Shown in pieces: positions 46,321 through 57,464 of a DNA stretch of 64,000 bases. The stretch covers positions 4,288,001 through 4,352,000 of the forward strand of contig OZ240245.1 in the NCBI GenBank assembly GCA_965198175.1. Reading direction: 5' to 3'. A model generated the notes under the pieces. That model made no database searches. It was not told the DNA's origin and saw only the letters and a list, made by a program, of their open reading frames with translations. Numbering within the stretch: the first letter of the stretch is position 1; each line of letters starts with the position of its first letter. The position numbers and the translations under genes are program-made. The stretch is from Candidatus Poribacteria bacterium. Lineage in GTDB: Bacteria > Poribacteria > WGA-4E > PCPOR2b.

Positions 46321-48141
46321 TTATTTCTCTCCCTGCATTTGACGTAATTTCCGATAAATTCCACCCTTCTCTAACAACTCCTGATGAGTACCGCTTTCGG
46401 CAATTTGTCCAGCTTTCAGCACAAGAATTCTGTCCGCGTGAACGACTGTGGACAACCGATGCGCGATCACGAAGGTTGTTCGTCTTCGCATCAAGTTTGC
46501 GAGGGATTGCTGGACAAGCGCTTCTGACTCACTGTCCAGTGCTGAAGTTGCTTCATCGAGTATTAGAATGCGCGGATTCTTCAAGATTGCCCGCGCAATC
46601 GAGAGACGTTGTTGTTGTCCACCGGACAACTTGATCCCAGACTCACCGATTGGGGCATCGTATCCATTGGGCATCTGCGTGATGAAATCGTGCGCATTGG
46701 CTTGTTTAGCCGCTTCAATGGCGTCTTTTCGGGTCGCTCCCGGCTGACCGTAAATGATATTTTCCATCACCGTCCCGCCAAAAAGGACGGTATCTTGTGG
46801 CACAATCGCAATCTGCCGACGGAGGGAATCTAGTCTAACTTGGTCAATCGGATATTCATCAATCAGAATGTCGCCTGCATCCACTTCGTAGAAGCGGGGC
46901 AAGAGATTCACTAACGTCGTTTTCCCGCCGCCGCTCGGTCCAACCAAAGCGATGACTTCGCCCGGTTTAACACGGAAACTGATGTGCTTAATCACCTCGT
47001 CGTCCCGGTCATATCCGAAAACAACGTCACGAAATTCGACTTCGCCGCGAACAGGAGGCAGTTGAAGTTTTTTATCTTCTTCATTTCCTTCCCTCTCGAA
47101 GTCCAGCACGTAGAAGATTCGTTCAGCCGAAGCGAGACTTTGCTGCAAGATGTTGTTGAATTGCCCAACCGTCTTGATTGGCTTAAACATCAGGCTAATC
47201 ATCGCAATATAACCGATGAACCAACCCGTTGTAAGGTCGCCTTGAATTACCTGCCAACACCCCAATCCGAAGACCGTTGCAACGCCAATCGCGCTAATTA
47301 ATTCGACTAGCGGCGGCAGCATTGCGGCAGATCGTGAGCGCCGTATCGTTGAGCGGTACTGACCCCTGTTGGCTTCTGAAAATCGAGCACACTCCAGTTT
47401 TTCCGCGGTGAAACTTTTTATGATTTTAATTCCAAAGATGGTCTCTTTTAGTTGCGAAGAGATGTCCGCTGTCTGCTGTTGAATCTCCGAACTTGTACCG
47501 CGAATGCGCCTTCCAAACCGGTTAATTAGATGACCAAGCAGTGGGAATACAGCTAGAGCAAGGACAGTCAGTTGGAAACTCCTAAATAACATCACGGAAA
47601 CAAAGACGGGAAGGAGCACAGCAGCTCGCATAACATTCGCCGTCGATCCAACCGCATACTGCCATGTGCGTACATCGTCCGTGACACGTGCCATGAGGTC
47701 GCCCGTGCGGTGCTCTTTCAAAACCCTCAAGGGCGCAAAAGCAATTCTCTCATACAATTCGCTGCGAACTCGGATAATCAGTTTATTCCCAACGCGCGCC
47801 ATCAAATAGTCGTTGCAATAGGTGAATGTCCCCTTAACTACAACAATTATTAGAATACCCGCTAATACCCAACCAACAAGCGTAATGGCTGCATCTGTAT
47901 CCGCAAGTGGAATTTCAATTCCCTCGAAGACATCCTTAACATGGAAATATCGGACATTGATGGGACCGTCTTCTGTCTTAGTCTCAATCAATTTGAGCGC
48001 ATCAATTGTATCCGCCAAGAGGTGAACATAGCCCATTTCGCAGATGGCAATTACTAACGCACAGATGAACGCCAATCCAATAGAACCGATGTGCGGTCTC
48101 AGATACCTTGCGAAGCGCGGGAACGTCGGCATCATAATCAC
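46321..48141 (-). CDS. ABC exporter ATP-binding/permease, MsbA-like
   Basis: TM domain plus GPSGGGKT, LSGGQ, LDEATSALD and IAHRLST motifs. Confidence 0.92.
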   Translation of the reverse strand: MIMMPTFPRFARYLRPHIGSIGLAFICALVIAICEMGYVHLLADTIDALKLIETKTEDGPINVRYFHVKDVFEGIEIPLADTDAAITLVGWVLAGILIIVVVKGTFTYCNDYLMARVGNKLIIRVRSELYERIAFAPLRVLKEHRTGDLMARVTDDVRTWQYAVGSTANVMRAAVLLPVFVSVMLFRSFQLTVLALAVFPLLGHLINRFGRRIRGTSSEIQQQTADISSQLKETIFGIKIIKSFTAEKLECARFSEANRGQYRSTIRRSRSAAMLPPLVELISAIGVATVFGLGCWQVIQGDLTTGWFIGYIAMISLMFKPIKTVGQFNNILQQSLASAERIFYVLDFEREGNEEDKKLQLPPVRGEVEFRDVVFGYDRDDEVIKHISFRVKPGEVIALVGPSGGGKTTLVNLLPRFYEVDAGDILIDEYPIDQVRLDSLRRQIAIVPQDTVLFGGTVMENIIYGQPGATRKDAIEAAKQANAHDFITQMPNGYDAPIGESGIKLSGGQQQRLSIARAILKNPRILILDEATSALDSESEALVQQSLANLMRRRTTFVIAHRLSTVVHADRILVLKAGQIAESGTHQELLEKGGIYRKLRQMQGEK

Positions 48142-48854
48142 CTTTCCGCGATTGTAATCATCCGCCTCGCATCAATCAGAAAAGGGCTATAATCGAAATC
48201 GCCATACGTCGCACACACTTCCAGACCAACGCCTTTCAAAATTGATTTGAGTTCGGTTGGAAAGTAGAACCGAAGTCGATTGACCGTCTTTTGAATGGGG
48301 CCGGTGGGGAGTTCAATCACCGTCCGATAATCGGAGAGCAGCCCAGATTCAGGGTGGTATTCAACCTCCGCGAGTGCAAGCATGGATTCAGATATCCACC
48401 ACCAATTCCGTGTGCGATCCAACTCGATGACGGCGTGGGGATTCCAGTAGTCCAACAAGAATTTCCCACCGGGCTTAAGGACTGTGGCAACCTCTGAAAG
48501 AACATGTCGATTTCCCTCCTCGTCAAAGAATCCAAAACTCGTAAAAAGATTGATGACAGCATCGCACGATGGCTTGAGTGGAATATGGCGCATATCCCCT
48601 TCAATAAAATGGATGCCATAGTTCGTTGAAAGCATCTCTTTTCGCGCTGCGTCCAGCAGAAAACGCGAGCTGTCTAAGCCGATGACTGTCACTTTTTGGT
48701 CTGCAAGCAACCGTCCATGCCGTCCATTCCCACAGCACAAATCTAGGACAACCGCTCCTCGCTGGAGTTCTAGCACATCACGAATGAATTCAACCTCCTC
48801 TTTTGTCTCGACTTCGGAGGGAAGCTCGGAAAGCAGGTAAGTTTTGTCCCACAT
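48138..48854 (-). CDS. class I SAM-dependent methyltransferase
   Basis: VLDLCCGNGRH, GDMR and NLFTSFGFF motifs. Confidence 0.9.
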   Translation of the reverse strand: MWDKTYLLSELPSEVETKEEVEFIRDVLELQRGAVVLDLCCGNGRHGRLLADQKVTVIGLDSSRFLLDAARKEMLSTNYGIHFIEGDMRHIPLKPSCDAVINLFTSFGFFDEEGNRHVLSEVATVLKPGGKFLLDYWNPHAVIELDRTRNWWWISESMLALAEVEYHPESGLLSDYRTVIELPTGPIQKTVNRLRFYFPTELKSILKGVGLEVCATYGDFDYSPFLIDARRMITIAER

Positions 48855-48901
48855 AATTGATGCGTAATCCGTAATGTATGATGCATAAATCGTTTATTCC
48901 T

Positions 48902-50029
48902 TCATTTCCCCACTTCGATTCTTCGATCTTCTCCTTCGTCCTTATACTGTCCAAACTGAATGATTTTTGCATCAGATGCAGCGTTAGGTTTGCATCGAAT
49001 CCGTAGCACAGTGGAGCGAAAATCGACGGACTCAATGACGCCAATCGAAAGGGTTTTCATCGAGTCGTTAAGCATGCCGATTAAACGCTGCTCAAAATGC
49101 GCAGGGGTTTTGGTAACCAAGGATGTCAGACTATAATGGCTTTTCAGTCGTCCCTGGGTCGGGTTTGATAGCATATTTGGCGCAACTAACGAAAGCGATT
49201 TATGTCCCCACTCCGCGTAAAGGATGTCATCATCGACAAAGTTGGAGAGAATTTCCCGCTCTTTCGTATTCGCTTGCCTGCCAACAAAGAAAAGCGACCG
49301 TTGCCCTCGAATCCGATCAAAGGGTACAGACTCCTGTACTGCATCAGAGAAGTAGCTCTCAAAGCGAGTTTCGCGGTATTTCCTTCGGGATTCACTACTC
49401 TTGGAAGCCACGCTTTTGTGTGGTGAAAGGTGGTGAATCTGGATCGCGCTAAGCCCAATAAATCCTGCAACGATTGGATTCAATTCCCTAAACCGGTGAA
49501 TACAGATTAGATAATCTGGTTGGATCAGTTCAATTTTATGTCTTTTGAGTGCAACTGCGGCATCCCCTTCGACATACCCGGTAGTATCAATCACGACAAG
49601 CTCGGCTCCAGCTTCAAGCGCAGCGTCAATCATCAAATACGTGCCCGTCACACACTGAAGTAGGTGACACTCGGGTGAAGTGGAGCCCACAAAGTACAAA
49701 TCATCCGGATTTGATGTCGAAGCCTGGGGGAAAAGCTTCAGCCCAATCGTAGTTGGTGGTCCAATCTGCGACTGTCCAACATCGGCATCAACAAAGCCCA
49801 CCTTTAGTCCTTTCGCCACGCCTTGTTCAACCAAAAAACGGCAGAAGGTTGATTTCCCAACATCAGTGCCGCCAATTACGAGCACAATCCCTTTAGGCTG
49901 TACGACACGCTGACCGATGCGTTCCCAATCACGATTCACCTGATAAGGCTTGGTCATATCGAGCGGGTATCGTTGTTGCTGTTTCGTACCGGCATCGGAG
50001 TTTCCAGGTCCACCTCCTTCAAATACCAA
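48902..50029 (-). CDS. Clp1/Nol9-family polynucleotide 5'-hydroxyl kinase (start may be 49957)
   Basis: G.TDVGKST, DAD.GQ..IGPP, IDT.G and S...RR..R motifs. Confidence 0.85.
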   Translation of the reverse strand: MVFEGGGPGNSDAGTKQQQRYPLDMTKPYQVNRDWERIGQRVVQPKGIVLVIGGTDVGKSTFCRFLVEQGVAKGLKVGFVDADVGQSQIGPPTTIGLKLFPQASTSNPDDLYFVGSTSPECHLLQCVTGTYLMIDAALEAGAELVVIDTTGYVEGDAAVALKRHKIELIQPDYLICIHRFRELNPIVAGFIGLSAIQIHHLSPHKSVASKSSESRRKYRETRFESYFSDAVQESVPFDRIRGQRSLFFVGRQANTKEREILSNFVDDDILYAEWGHKSLSLVAPNMLSNPTQGRLKSHYSLTSLVTKTPAHFEQRLIGMLNDSMKTLSIGVIESVDFRSTVLRIRCKPNAASDAKIIQFGQYKDEGEDRRIEVGK

Positions 50030-50102
50030 ATCAAAGCCCTTCGCCGCATTGCGTGGAAGTTGCAGAAAGTATCAAATGGGACGTTTCAGTCCTGAATCGG
50101 TA

Positions 50103-50972
50103 TCACTCTCCCAAATAGAACTCATACCGAAACGAAATCCCTGGAGCACTGAGAAAACGATCTAAGTTTTGCTGGCTCGTGTTCCCCAAAATCCGTTCGA
50201 TCAAAGGAACTTTGCGTTTGTCGCGGATCACGCTCGGCTCACCCGAGATGCCGCCAAGCGTCCCTGCAAGCTTGATTGCATCCGGCAGGTTACCTAGTAC
50301 ATCTACCAGCTTATATTCTAGAGCCTGTTGCCCGGAAAAGATTCGACCATCAGCAAGCGCGGCAATTTCCTCGCGGGCTAGATGTGCTTTACGCCCCTCA
50401 AACACAGCATTAACAAATTGGTTGTGAACGTCATCAATTGTGTCTTGCAATAAGGCGCGTTCCGCATCGGTAAGCCCTCGCCCCGGCGAACCGGTGTCCT
50501 TGAACTCGCCACTCTTCACAACTTGATCCTCCAAACCCACCTTTTCGTAAAGCCCCTTCAATTTCATAAACCGTAAGATAACCCCGATACTGCCGGTTAT
50601 GGTCCCACGATTTGCAACGATTTGATCCGCAGCACAGGCGATGTAATACCCGCCTGATGCAGCTGTATTTCCCATTGAAGCTACAACTGGCTTTTCCAGT
50701 TTAGTGAGCTCGCCGTGGATTTCTTGAACCGAGCCAACACTCCCACCGGGAGAATCAATGCGTAAAACGATGGCTTTTACCGTTTGATCGTCGCGGCATC
50801 GGTGAATCTGATCAATCAATTTATCCGATTTTGAAATCGCCCCAATGAATTCGACAATGGCGACCTTCTCACCGAACTGTCCCCCCTTCGTCGTCAACGT
50901 CCGGACGATTAGTATTAAGAACAGAAGACCTATACCAATAATCAAGATTTTAAAGAATCGCTTCCGTTTCAT
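50103..50972 (-). CDS. sppA: signal peptide peptidase SppA (36K type)
   Basis: RIDSPGG, AASGGYY, TGSIGV, KSG.FKD and DGRIF.G.QA motifs. Confidence 0.93.
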   Translation of the reverse strand: MKRKRFFKILIIGIGLLFLILIVRTLTTKGGQFGEKVAIVEFIGAISKSDKLIDQIHRCRDDQTVKAIVLRIDSPGGSVGSVQEIHGELTKLEKPVVASMGNTAASGGYYIACAADQIVANRGTITGSIGVILRFMKLKGLYEKVGLEDQVVKSGEFKDTGSPGRGLTDAERALLQDTIDDVHNQFVNAVFEGRKAHLAREEIAALADGRIFSGQQALEYKLVDVLGNLPDAIKLAGTLGGISGEPSVIRDKRKVPLIERILGNTSQQNLDRFLSAPGISFRYEFYLGE

Positions 50973-51057
50973 AAATCATCGAATAAGATAGAAATTTGGA
51001 AATTAGGTACACTGAGTTCGCTTACATATCCGACGAATACGCGGCAGCTTAGGTCTG

Positions 51058-53061
51058 TTAAATTCGCTCAGAAGCACTTCCAAACTCGCGCTTTCCGTCA
51101 AGTTTTCGACTATTTGCCAGATTAATCACCTGAACATCTGATTTCTTGGTATCGTCATCGTAAGAAGTCTTCGCAAACGTCCGATTGGGTTCGTAGGTTG
51201 GTACAATCTGCTGAAGTTCGGCAATAATCCCTTCCGTATTCAGGTGGTTGGCTAATTCTGCAAGTTCTTCGATTTTAGCCAACAGCTTTTTTTCCTCAAT
51301 CGTTTCAAGTTGAGCGACGAAGATGCGCTGATGCTTCGTTGCGGTCACCCCTTCTTGAACGGTTAGAAGTTCCTCGTATAATTTCTCACCCGGTTCCAAC
51401 CCTGTAAACTCAATTTTGATATCGCGATCCACTTCGAGTCCAGACAGCCTGATTAGATCCCGCGCCAGATCCAAGATTTTAATCGGTTCTCCCATATCCA
51501 AAATGAAGATTTCACCGCCAAGTCCCATTGCTCCAGCCTGAATGAGCAGTTGAACCGATTCCGGAATTGTCATGAAGTATCGAATTACCTCACGATGGGT
51601 GACAGTCACGGGTCCTCCTTTCATTATCTGGCGCTTAAACTTTGGCAATACACTTCCCCGACTGTCGATAACGTTTCCGAAGCGAACGGCAATAAACTCC
51701 GTGCCATTCCGTTTTGCTTTACACTGAATTAGCTTCTCCGTCACACGCTTCGAGGCGCCCATGACGCTTGTTGGATTGACCGCCTTGTCTGATGAAACCA
51801 AGATAAATGCTTCGACATGGTGTTTAATTGCGGCATCAACCACATTCTTGGTTCCAATGATGTTATTCTTGACGGCTTCGTCCGGGTGAATCTCCATAAA
51901 CTTTACGTGTTTGTGCGCTGCGGCATGGAAGATGATCTGGGGACGATATTTAGCGATGATTTTATCAACCTTCGAGCGATCTCGAATATCGCCAATAATC
52001 ATAGCGCGATTAAGATCCGGTTCATTCTCACTCAGTTCGTTGTCAATATGATATATGCTGTTCTCACCGCGCCCAAAGAGAATGAGAAGTTCGGGGTTAA
52101 ATTTTGCCACCTGCCGACAGAGCTCAGATCCAATTGAACCACCAGCACCTGTCACCATCACCCGTTTACCGGACAGGTATTTCGAAACTTCGGGCAAATC
52201 GATTCGGGAAGTTGGACGGTTAAGGAGATCTTCGACCCGCACTTCCCGAATCTGGCTGATACTCACATGCCCTGCAAGAATGGCATGGATGCTGGGAACG
52301 ATTTTGAATTTACAACCTTTGTATTCGCACTGTTGAATAATTTCACGGATGCGGCTTCCTGAAGCAGAGGGCATAGCGATAACAATTTCGCCAACTTGCC
52401 GCTTGCGTGCGATGTAAGCCAACTCACGCGTTGTACCAAGGACATCAAGTCCTTGAATGCTTTTCCCAACTTTTTGCGGATGGTCATCAATAAACCCAAT
52501 GGGAACATATCCTTTCTCAGGATGATTTCGGATTTCGCGCAAAACACCGACCCCCGCAGCTCCGGCACCGACAATCAAAACTCTAGTTTTGGGAGGAGCC
52601 ACATCTCTTCGTCGGTATTCTTCAACAATGCGAAAGGAGAACTTTGCCAAGCCCACAAAAGTGATATTATATAAGCCATCGATTAGAAAGAATGCCCAGG
52701 ATTTGGAAAGATTAACGAAAGATAGAATAAGAATGAGGGCAAAAGTTCCTGAACAAACGGCTCCAACAATCGCCCAAAATTCCCGAACGCTCGCGTAGCG
52801 CCAGACCGGTTTGTACAGTTGAAAGGTGAAATAGGTACATAGGCGGATTGCTGTAACAGTGAACGCAATGATTAGAAAAATCCGACTTGGCGATTGAGAT
52901 GCCCAAATGGACGGGGAAGAATCATTTTCCGATAGATTGAACAACTCAAGTAGATTTAATCCGAGCAGTTTGCAGGTTTGATAAGCACATACGAAAGCGA
53001 GGTTAATTAACAGAATGTCCGTAACAATCGAAAAGCCTAGCCTTATTTTTTGCTGGCGCAT
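51058..53061 (-). CDS. nucleoside-diphosphate sugar dehydratase, CapD/PglF-like
   Basis: N-terminal TMs; TGAGGSIGSE, HAAAHKHV, SSDKAVNP and RFGNV motifs. Confidence 0.93.
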   Translation of the reverse strand: MRQQKIRLGFSIVTDILLINLAFVCAYQTCKLLGLNLLELFNLSENDSSPSIWASQSPSRIFLIIAFTVTAIRLCTYFTFQLYKPVWRYASVREFWAIVGAVCSGTFALILILSFVNLSKSWAFFLIDGLYNITFVGLAKFSFRIVEEYRRRDVAPPKTRVLIVGAGAAGVGVLREIRNHPEKGYVPIGFIDDHPQKVGKSIQGLDVLGTTRELAYIARKRQVGEIVIAMPSASGSRIREIIQQCEYKGCKFKIVPSIHAILAGHVSISQIREVRVEDLLNRPTSRIDLPEVSKYLSGKRVMVTGAGGSIGSELCRQVAKFNPELLILFGRGENSIYHIDNELSENEPDLNRAMIIGDIRDRSKVDKIIAKYRPQIIFHAAAHKHVKFMEIHPDEAVKNNIIGTKNVVDAAIKHHVEAFILVSSDKAVNPTSVMGASKRVTEKLIQCKAKRNGTEFIAVRFGNVIDSRGSVLPKFKRQIMKGGPVTVTHREVIRYFMTIPESVQLLIQAGAMGLGGEIFILDMGEPIKILDLARDLIRLSGLEVDRDIKIEFTGLEPGEKLYEELLTVQEGVTATKHQRIFVAQLETIEEKKLLAKIEELAELANHLNTEGIIAELQQIVPTYEPNRTFAKTSYDDDTKKSDVQVINLANSRKLDGKREFGSASERI

Positions 53062-53102
53062 CTTCCTTCCTTTAATCTTTGATTTTGATAATTGCTAAGT
53101 TG

Positions 53103-54281
53103 TCAGTTGCAAATCTGTGAGTAAACCACTTCCAGCCGTTGAGCTAGAATTGGCCAATTATATTTGGCTTCGACAAGCTGTCTTCCCGCATCTCCAATTT
53201 TCTGGCGCTGATGGGGCGATCGGATCAAATCAATTACATGCTTCGCAAATTCTTCCGGCGCATCCGCGATTAAAATATCTTGCCCAGCTTTGGACTCTAA
53301 CCCTTGTGCACCAATCGAGGTTGTGACGACAGGGACACCCATTCCCATCGCTTCCAGATTTTTCACCTGAACCCCCGAACCCGATCGCAGCGGTGACACA
53401 AAAACAGCAGCTTGTTCAAAATAGGGGCGTATATCAGGAACGTGTCCGGTCACAACGACATTGTTACCATTGGCTAGCCGCTTAATTTGTTCTGGTGGAC
53501 GGTTGCCAACGATATTAAACGTTATCTCAGGGTGCACGGTTTGAATCAGCGGAAGGATTTCCTGATGAAAATATAAAGCGGCGTCCCAATTTGGGAAATA
53601 ACTCATAGTGCCTGTAAAGAGTAGATGCGGTTGATACGTTGATGAAGTCGGTTGGAAGTATTCTAAATCGACGCCCATCGGCACAATTGAAAGTTTCAGG
53701 GATGCGTCCTGTTTGAGCAGGTAATCTCGATCGCATTCCGCAACAACCGTTCCCCAATCAAACGACCTCGCAATCTCGACCTCATATTCCCGAACACGGC
53801 GTTCCTCAAGTCTAACCAGCGGCCGTTTTAGACTTCGATCTAAATCCGCTCGACGCTGTAAGTTCAACGCTAGTGAGTCACACAAATCTAGCACCTTCGG
53901 TATTCCATGACAGTGGGAAACATATTGCGCCATGCGAAAAAGTTGGACATGAATCAGATCGAAGTCATACTTTTCCAACAACCTGTTAACTGTTCGCTGC
54001 ATCTGGGAGACATACCAATAGTGAAGCTGTAATGGCTGACTTGAAAAACAGTTGAGTAGAGTATTGAGACAAGCTCGATTCCGGTGAAAACGCACCCATT
54101 CAACACGATCACAAAATGATTCCATCTGCTTGACATCAGCAATTTCCTGATCCGATTCGACAAATGAGACAAAAGTAAGAGAGTGATGTTGAGCGAGCTG
54201 TTTGCTGAAATGATAAGCCCGAATTCGATCTCCCCGCTGAGGCGGAAATGGGAATCTCAGGCTTAAAAATAGAATCTTCAT
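53103..54281 (-). CDS. glycosyltransferase family 4
   Basis: FP.PP.RGD.IR and GSGVQ.K.LEAM.MGVPVV motifs. Confidence 0.9.
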   Translation of the reverse strand: MKILFLSLRFPFPPQRGDRIRAYHFSKQLAQHHSLTFVSFVESDQEIADVKQMESFCDRVEWVRFHRNRACLNTLLNCFSSQPLQLHYWYVSQMQRTVNRLLEKYDFDLIHVQLFRMAQYVSHCHGIPKVLDLCDSLALNLQRRADLDRSLKRPLVRLEERRVREYEVEIARSFDWGTVVAECDRDYLLKQDASLKLSIVPMGVDLEYFQPTSSTYQPHLLFTGTMSYFPNWDAALYFHQEILPLIQTVHPEITFNIVGNRPPEQIKRLANGNNVVVTGHVPDIRPYFEQAAVFVSPLRSGSGVQVKNLEAMGMGVPVVTTSIGAQGLESKAGQDILIADAPEEFAKHVIDLIRSPHQRQKIGDAGRQLVEAKYNWPILAQRLEVVYSQICN

Positions 54282-54463
54282 GTCGGCAATTCGGCTTCAT
54301 CAATCAGCATTACGGGTATACCATCACGAATCGGGTAACGGCGCTTACACTCGCCAGCACAAATCAGCTTTTTATCCTCACGAGCATATTCAATATCGCC
54401 TTTGCACGCGGGACAAGCCAATATGTCCAGTAACTCCTGGCTGATTTCTTCTCGTGAGTTCAT
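54278..54463 (-). CDS. Trm112/YcaR-family small protein
   Basis: LLDILACP.CKG...YPIRDGIPVML. Confidence 0.92.
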   Translation of the reverse strand: MNSREEISQELLDILACPACKGDIEYAREDKKLICAGECKRRYPIRDGIPVMLIDEAELPT

Positions 54464-54652
54464 AGTCACCCTCCTCAATATTGATTGGGAACTCGATTCT
54501 GGAAACCATCAGAGCGGTAAATCATTGACAGGATTGAAAAGCGGTTTGACTTGACTGAAGACACCTTCGTGCTTGTTTTCAAAAACTAGCGCACATCGTA
54601 AATAACTCACGCAGGTCGGGATACCCCACTCATTTTGTCACTCCGTCTTCAT

Positions 54653-57409
54653 CTATCTGCCATGGCATTTCTTGTACTTTATACCACTTCCACATGGACA
54701 TGTCTCATTACGTCCAACCTTCGGCATCTGTTCGGCGGCTTGCTGTCTCGCAAAAGCCGCATCGGTCGAGGCTCCATCGCTTGGTTGTGTTATTGCGTTT
54801 CTGCGCCGCCCATATTGAGGCATAGCGCGACGGGATGAGCGAAAGCCGGCTCTGTCTTGTGCGGCAGCACGTCGCGACCTAGCCTGCCGAAGTTGGGTTT
54901 CTGAATCAACAATGCGAGCCTTAAACATGTACTCGCTGACTTCCTCTTCGATTCGCTGATACATCGCTTCAAAAACCGCATAGGCTTCGTTCTTGAAGAC
55001 GACAATGGGGTCTTTACCTCCGTACCCGCGCAGGTGGATACCTTCCTCTATGTAGTCAATATTATACAAGTGATCTTTCCAGTGACTATCGATTCGATCC
55101 AAGAGCACGAGGCGCTCAAGCGCGCGCATCTGTTCAGTTCCCATTCCAGCTTCACGCGCGTCGTAGAGTTCATGCAGCAATTTCGATATCTTTTCTCGGA
55201 GTTCCTCCCGGCTCATTTTGTCCGGTGGGGTTTCCCAATCCGAGGGATTAATGGGGAAGGTATGGCTTAGCCAAGTGATAAAGCTTCCAATATTCCGGTC
55301 CTCGCTGCGGTCGGGTAAGTCGATCTCAAAATGATCGTCCAAAGTATCCTCAACCATATCCCCAATTGTGCTCTTGAGATCCTCGCCTTCGAGAATGCTA
55401 TTGCGCAATTCATAGATGGTTTGACGCTGGGTATTCATCACATCGTCAAATTTTAGTACATTTTTCCGTATCTCGAAGTGCCGTTCTTCAACCCGTCTTT
55501 GTGCTTTTTCGATAGCTTTGGTTACCCATGGGTGTTCAATCGGGATGTCTTCCTCCATACCGATTCTATCCATCATACCCGACAGGCGATCGGATCCAAA
55601 TTTGCGCATGAGATCGTCTTCAAGCGAAAGATAAAACCGAGATGATCCGGGATCGCCCTGGCGTCCTGAACGTCCACGCAATTGGTTGTCGATTCGCCGT
55701 GAGTCATGTCGCTCTGTTCCAATGATGTGCAGTCCACCAGCCTTCAGGACTTCCTCTCGATTTTCGTCACAAACGGCTTTGGCTTCCTCATAAGCAGCTT
55801 TCCACTCTCCCGAATCCTCTTCAACCATTGCAGAATCCATCTTCTTTCTGCGCAGGATTTCCATCACCATGCCTTCTGGATTGCCGCCAAGCAAGATATC
55901 AACACCGCGTCCTGCCATGTTCGTGGCGATTGTCACTGAGCCGGGCATACCCGCCTGGGCGATAATTGTCGCTTCGCGGGCGTGTTCTTTGGCATTCAAT
56001 ATCTGATGACGGATGTCACGCCGCTTCGCCCGAAGCATCTTGCTCAATCTTTCTGATTTCTCAATGGAAATTGTCCCTACCAACACAGGACACCCTTGTT
56101 CGTGTTGCGCGATAATATCCTGTATGACCGCTCGAAATTTTGCTTCTTCTGTTTTGTAGATTTGGTCCGAATGATCGATTCGGACCATCGGTTCGTTCGT
56201 CGGAATGACGGCAACATCCAAATGGTAAATATGAGCAAATTCCGCCGCTTCTGTTTCCGCGGTTCCGGTCATTCCCGCTAATTTCTCATATGTGCGAAAA
56301 TAGTTTTGATACGAGATTTTTGCGCCGGTCTGACTTTCTTGAACGATTTTGACCCGCTCCTTGGATTCCATGGCTTGATGGAGCCCTTCGCTCCATCGCC
56401 TTCCGGGTTGCTTTCGCCCTGTGAACTCATCCACGATGATGACCTCTCCGTTTTCAACGACATAATCGACATCACGCTTCCAGAGATGATGAGCTGCTAA
56501 TGCCTGATTGACATGATGAACAACATGCATATTCGTCGAATCGTAGAGATCTCTTCCATCAAGAACCGTTTCCCCGAGAAGACGCTGAACTTCATCAACA
56601 CCCTCATCCGTTAGGCTGACGGTGCCGCGTTTGCTGCTTTTTTCATCAATTTCATAGTGTTTTCCCGCTTGAAGCTGTCTCACTGTACGATCAAGTTTGG
56701 TATAAAGTTCAACAGGTTCACCATGTGGCTCTGCGATAATTAGCGGTGTACGAGCTTCATCAACAAGAATGCTATCAACCTCATCGACTATCGCGTAATA
56801 GTGTCCACGTTGTCCCCTCCCACTAAGGTGCGTTGATTTGTTATCCCGGAGATAGTCAAAACCGAATTCACTATGTACACCATAGGTGATGTCTGCTTTG
56901 TACCCAAGCTTCTTCAGTTCATCGGGCATAATGCTGAGTGTCAGTCCAACGGAGAGACCGAGAAAGTTATAAATCTTCCCCATCCATTCAGCATCACGTT
57001 TAGCAAGATAATCATTGACAGTGGCAACATGAACGCCTTTTCCCGTTAGCGCATTCAAATAAACCGCGAGCGTTGAGGTAAGGGTTTTTCCCTCACCTGT
57101 TTTCATTTCAGCAATGTTGCCTTGATGAAGCGCAACACCTCCCATGATTTGTACATCGTAGTGGCGTTGCGCTAAGGTCCGAACAGCAGCTTCACGTACA
57201 ACAGCAAACGCCTCGGGCAGGAGCGCATCAAGTGAGGCACCCGCGTCGATTGTTTCACGAAAATACGGCGTTTTTGACTGTAGTTCTGCATCGGAAAAGC
57301 GTTTGACTTCAGACTCCTGTTGATTAACTGCTTCAACGATTGGCTGAAAATGCTTCGTATCTCGGTCCTGCTTGTTGCCGAAAACTTTGGCTAAAATGCT
57401 TTGAAACAT
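54653..57409 (-). CDS. secA: preprotein translocase subunit SecA
   Basis: [38 protein letters not shown] and C-terminal CPCGSG.KYKKCH. Confidence 0.98.
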   Translation of the reverse strand: MFQSILAKVFGNKQDRDTKHFQPIVEAVNQQESEVKRFSDAELQSKTPYFRETIDAGASLDALLPEAFAVVREAAVRTLAQRHYDVQIMGGVALHQGNIAEMKTGEGKTLTSTLAVYLNALTGKGVHVATVNDYLAKRDAEWMGKIYNFLGLSVGLTLSIMPDELKKLGYKADITYGVHSEFGFDYLRDNKSTHLSGRGQRGHYYAIVDEVDSILVDEARTPLIIAEPHGEPVELYTKLDRTVRQLQAGKHYEIDEKSSKRGTVSLTDEGVDEVQRLLGETVLDGRDLYDSTNMHVVHHVNQALAAHHLWKRDVDYVVENGEVIIVDEFTGRKQPGRRWSEGLHQAMESKERVKIVQESQTGAKISYQNYFRTYEKLAGMTGTAETEAAEFAHIYHLDVAVIPTNEPMVRIDHSDQIYKTEEAKFRAVIQDIIAQHEQGCPVLVGTISIEKSERLSKMLRAKRRDIRHQILNAKEHAREATIIAQAGMPGSVTIATNMAGRGVDILLGGNPEGMVMEILRRKKMDSAMVEEDSGEWKAAYEEAKAVCDENREEVLKAGGLHIIGTERHDSRRIDNQLRGRSGRQGDPGSSRFYLSLEDDLMRKFGSDRLSGMMDRIGMEEDIPIEHPWVTKAIEKAQRRVEERHFEIRKNVLKFDDVMNTQRQTIYELRNSILEGEDLKSTIGDMVEDTLDDHFEIDLPDRSEDRNIGSFITWLSHTFPINPSDWETPPDKMSREELREKISKLLHELYDAREAGMGTEQMRALERLVLLDRIDSHWKDHLYNIDYIEEGIHLRGYGGKDPIVVFKNEAYAVFEAMYQRIEEEVSEYMFKARIVDSETQLRQARSRRAAAQDRAGFRSSRRAMPQYGRRRNAITQPSDGASTDAAFARQQAAEQMPKVGRNETCPCGSGIKYKKCHGR

Positions 57410-57464
57410 AAACCATCATCACCTTTGGGTTACAACTGTGTGAAACACATTACGTATCATTTTT

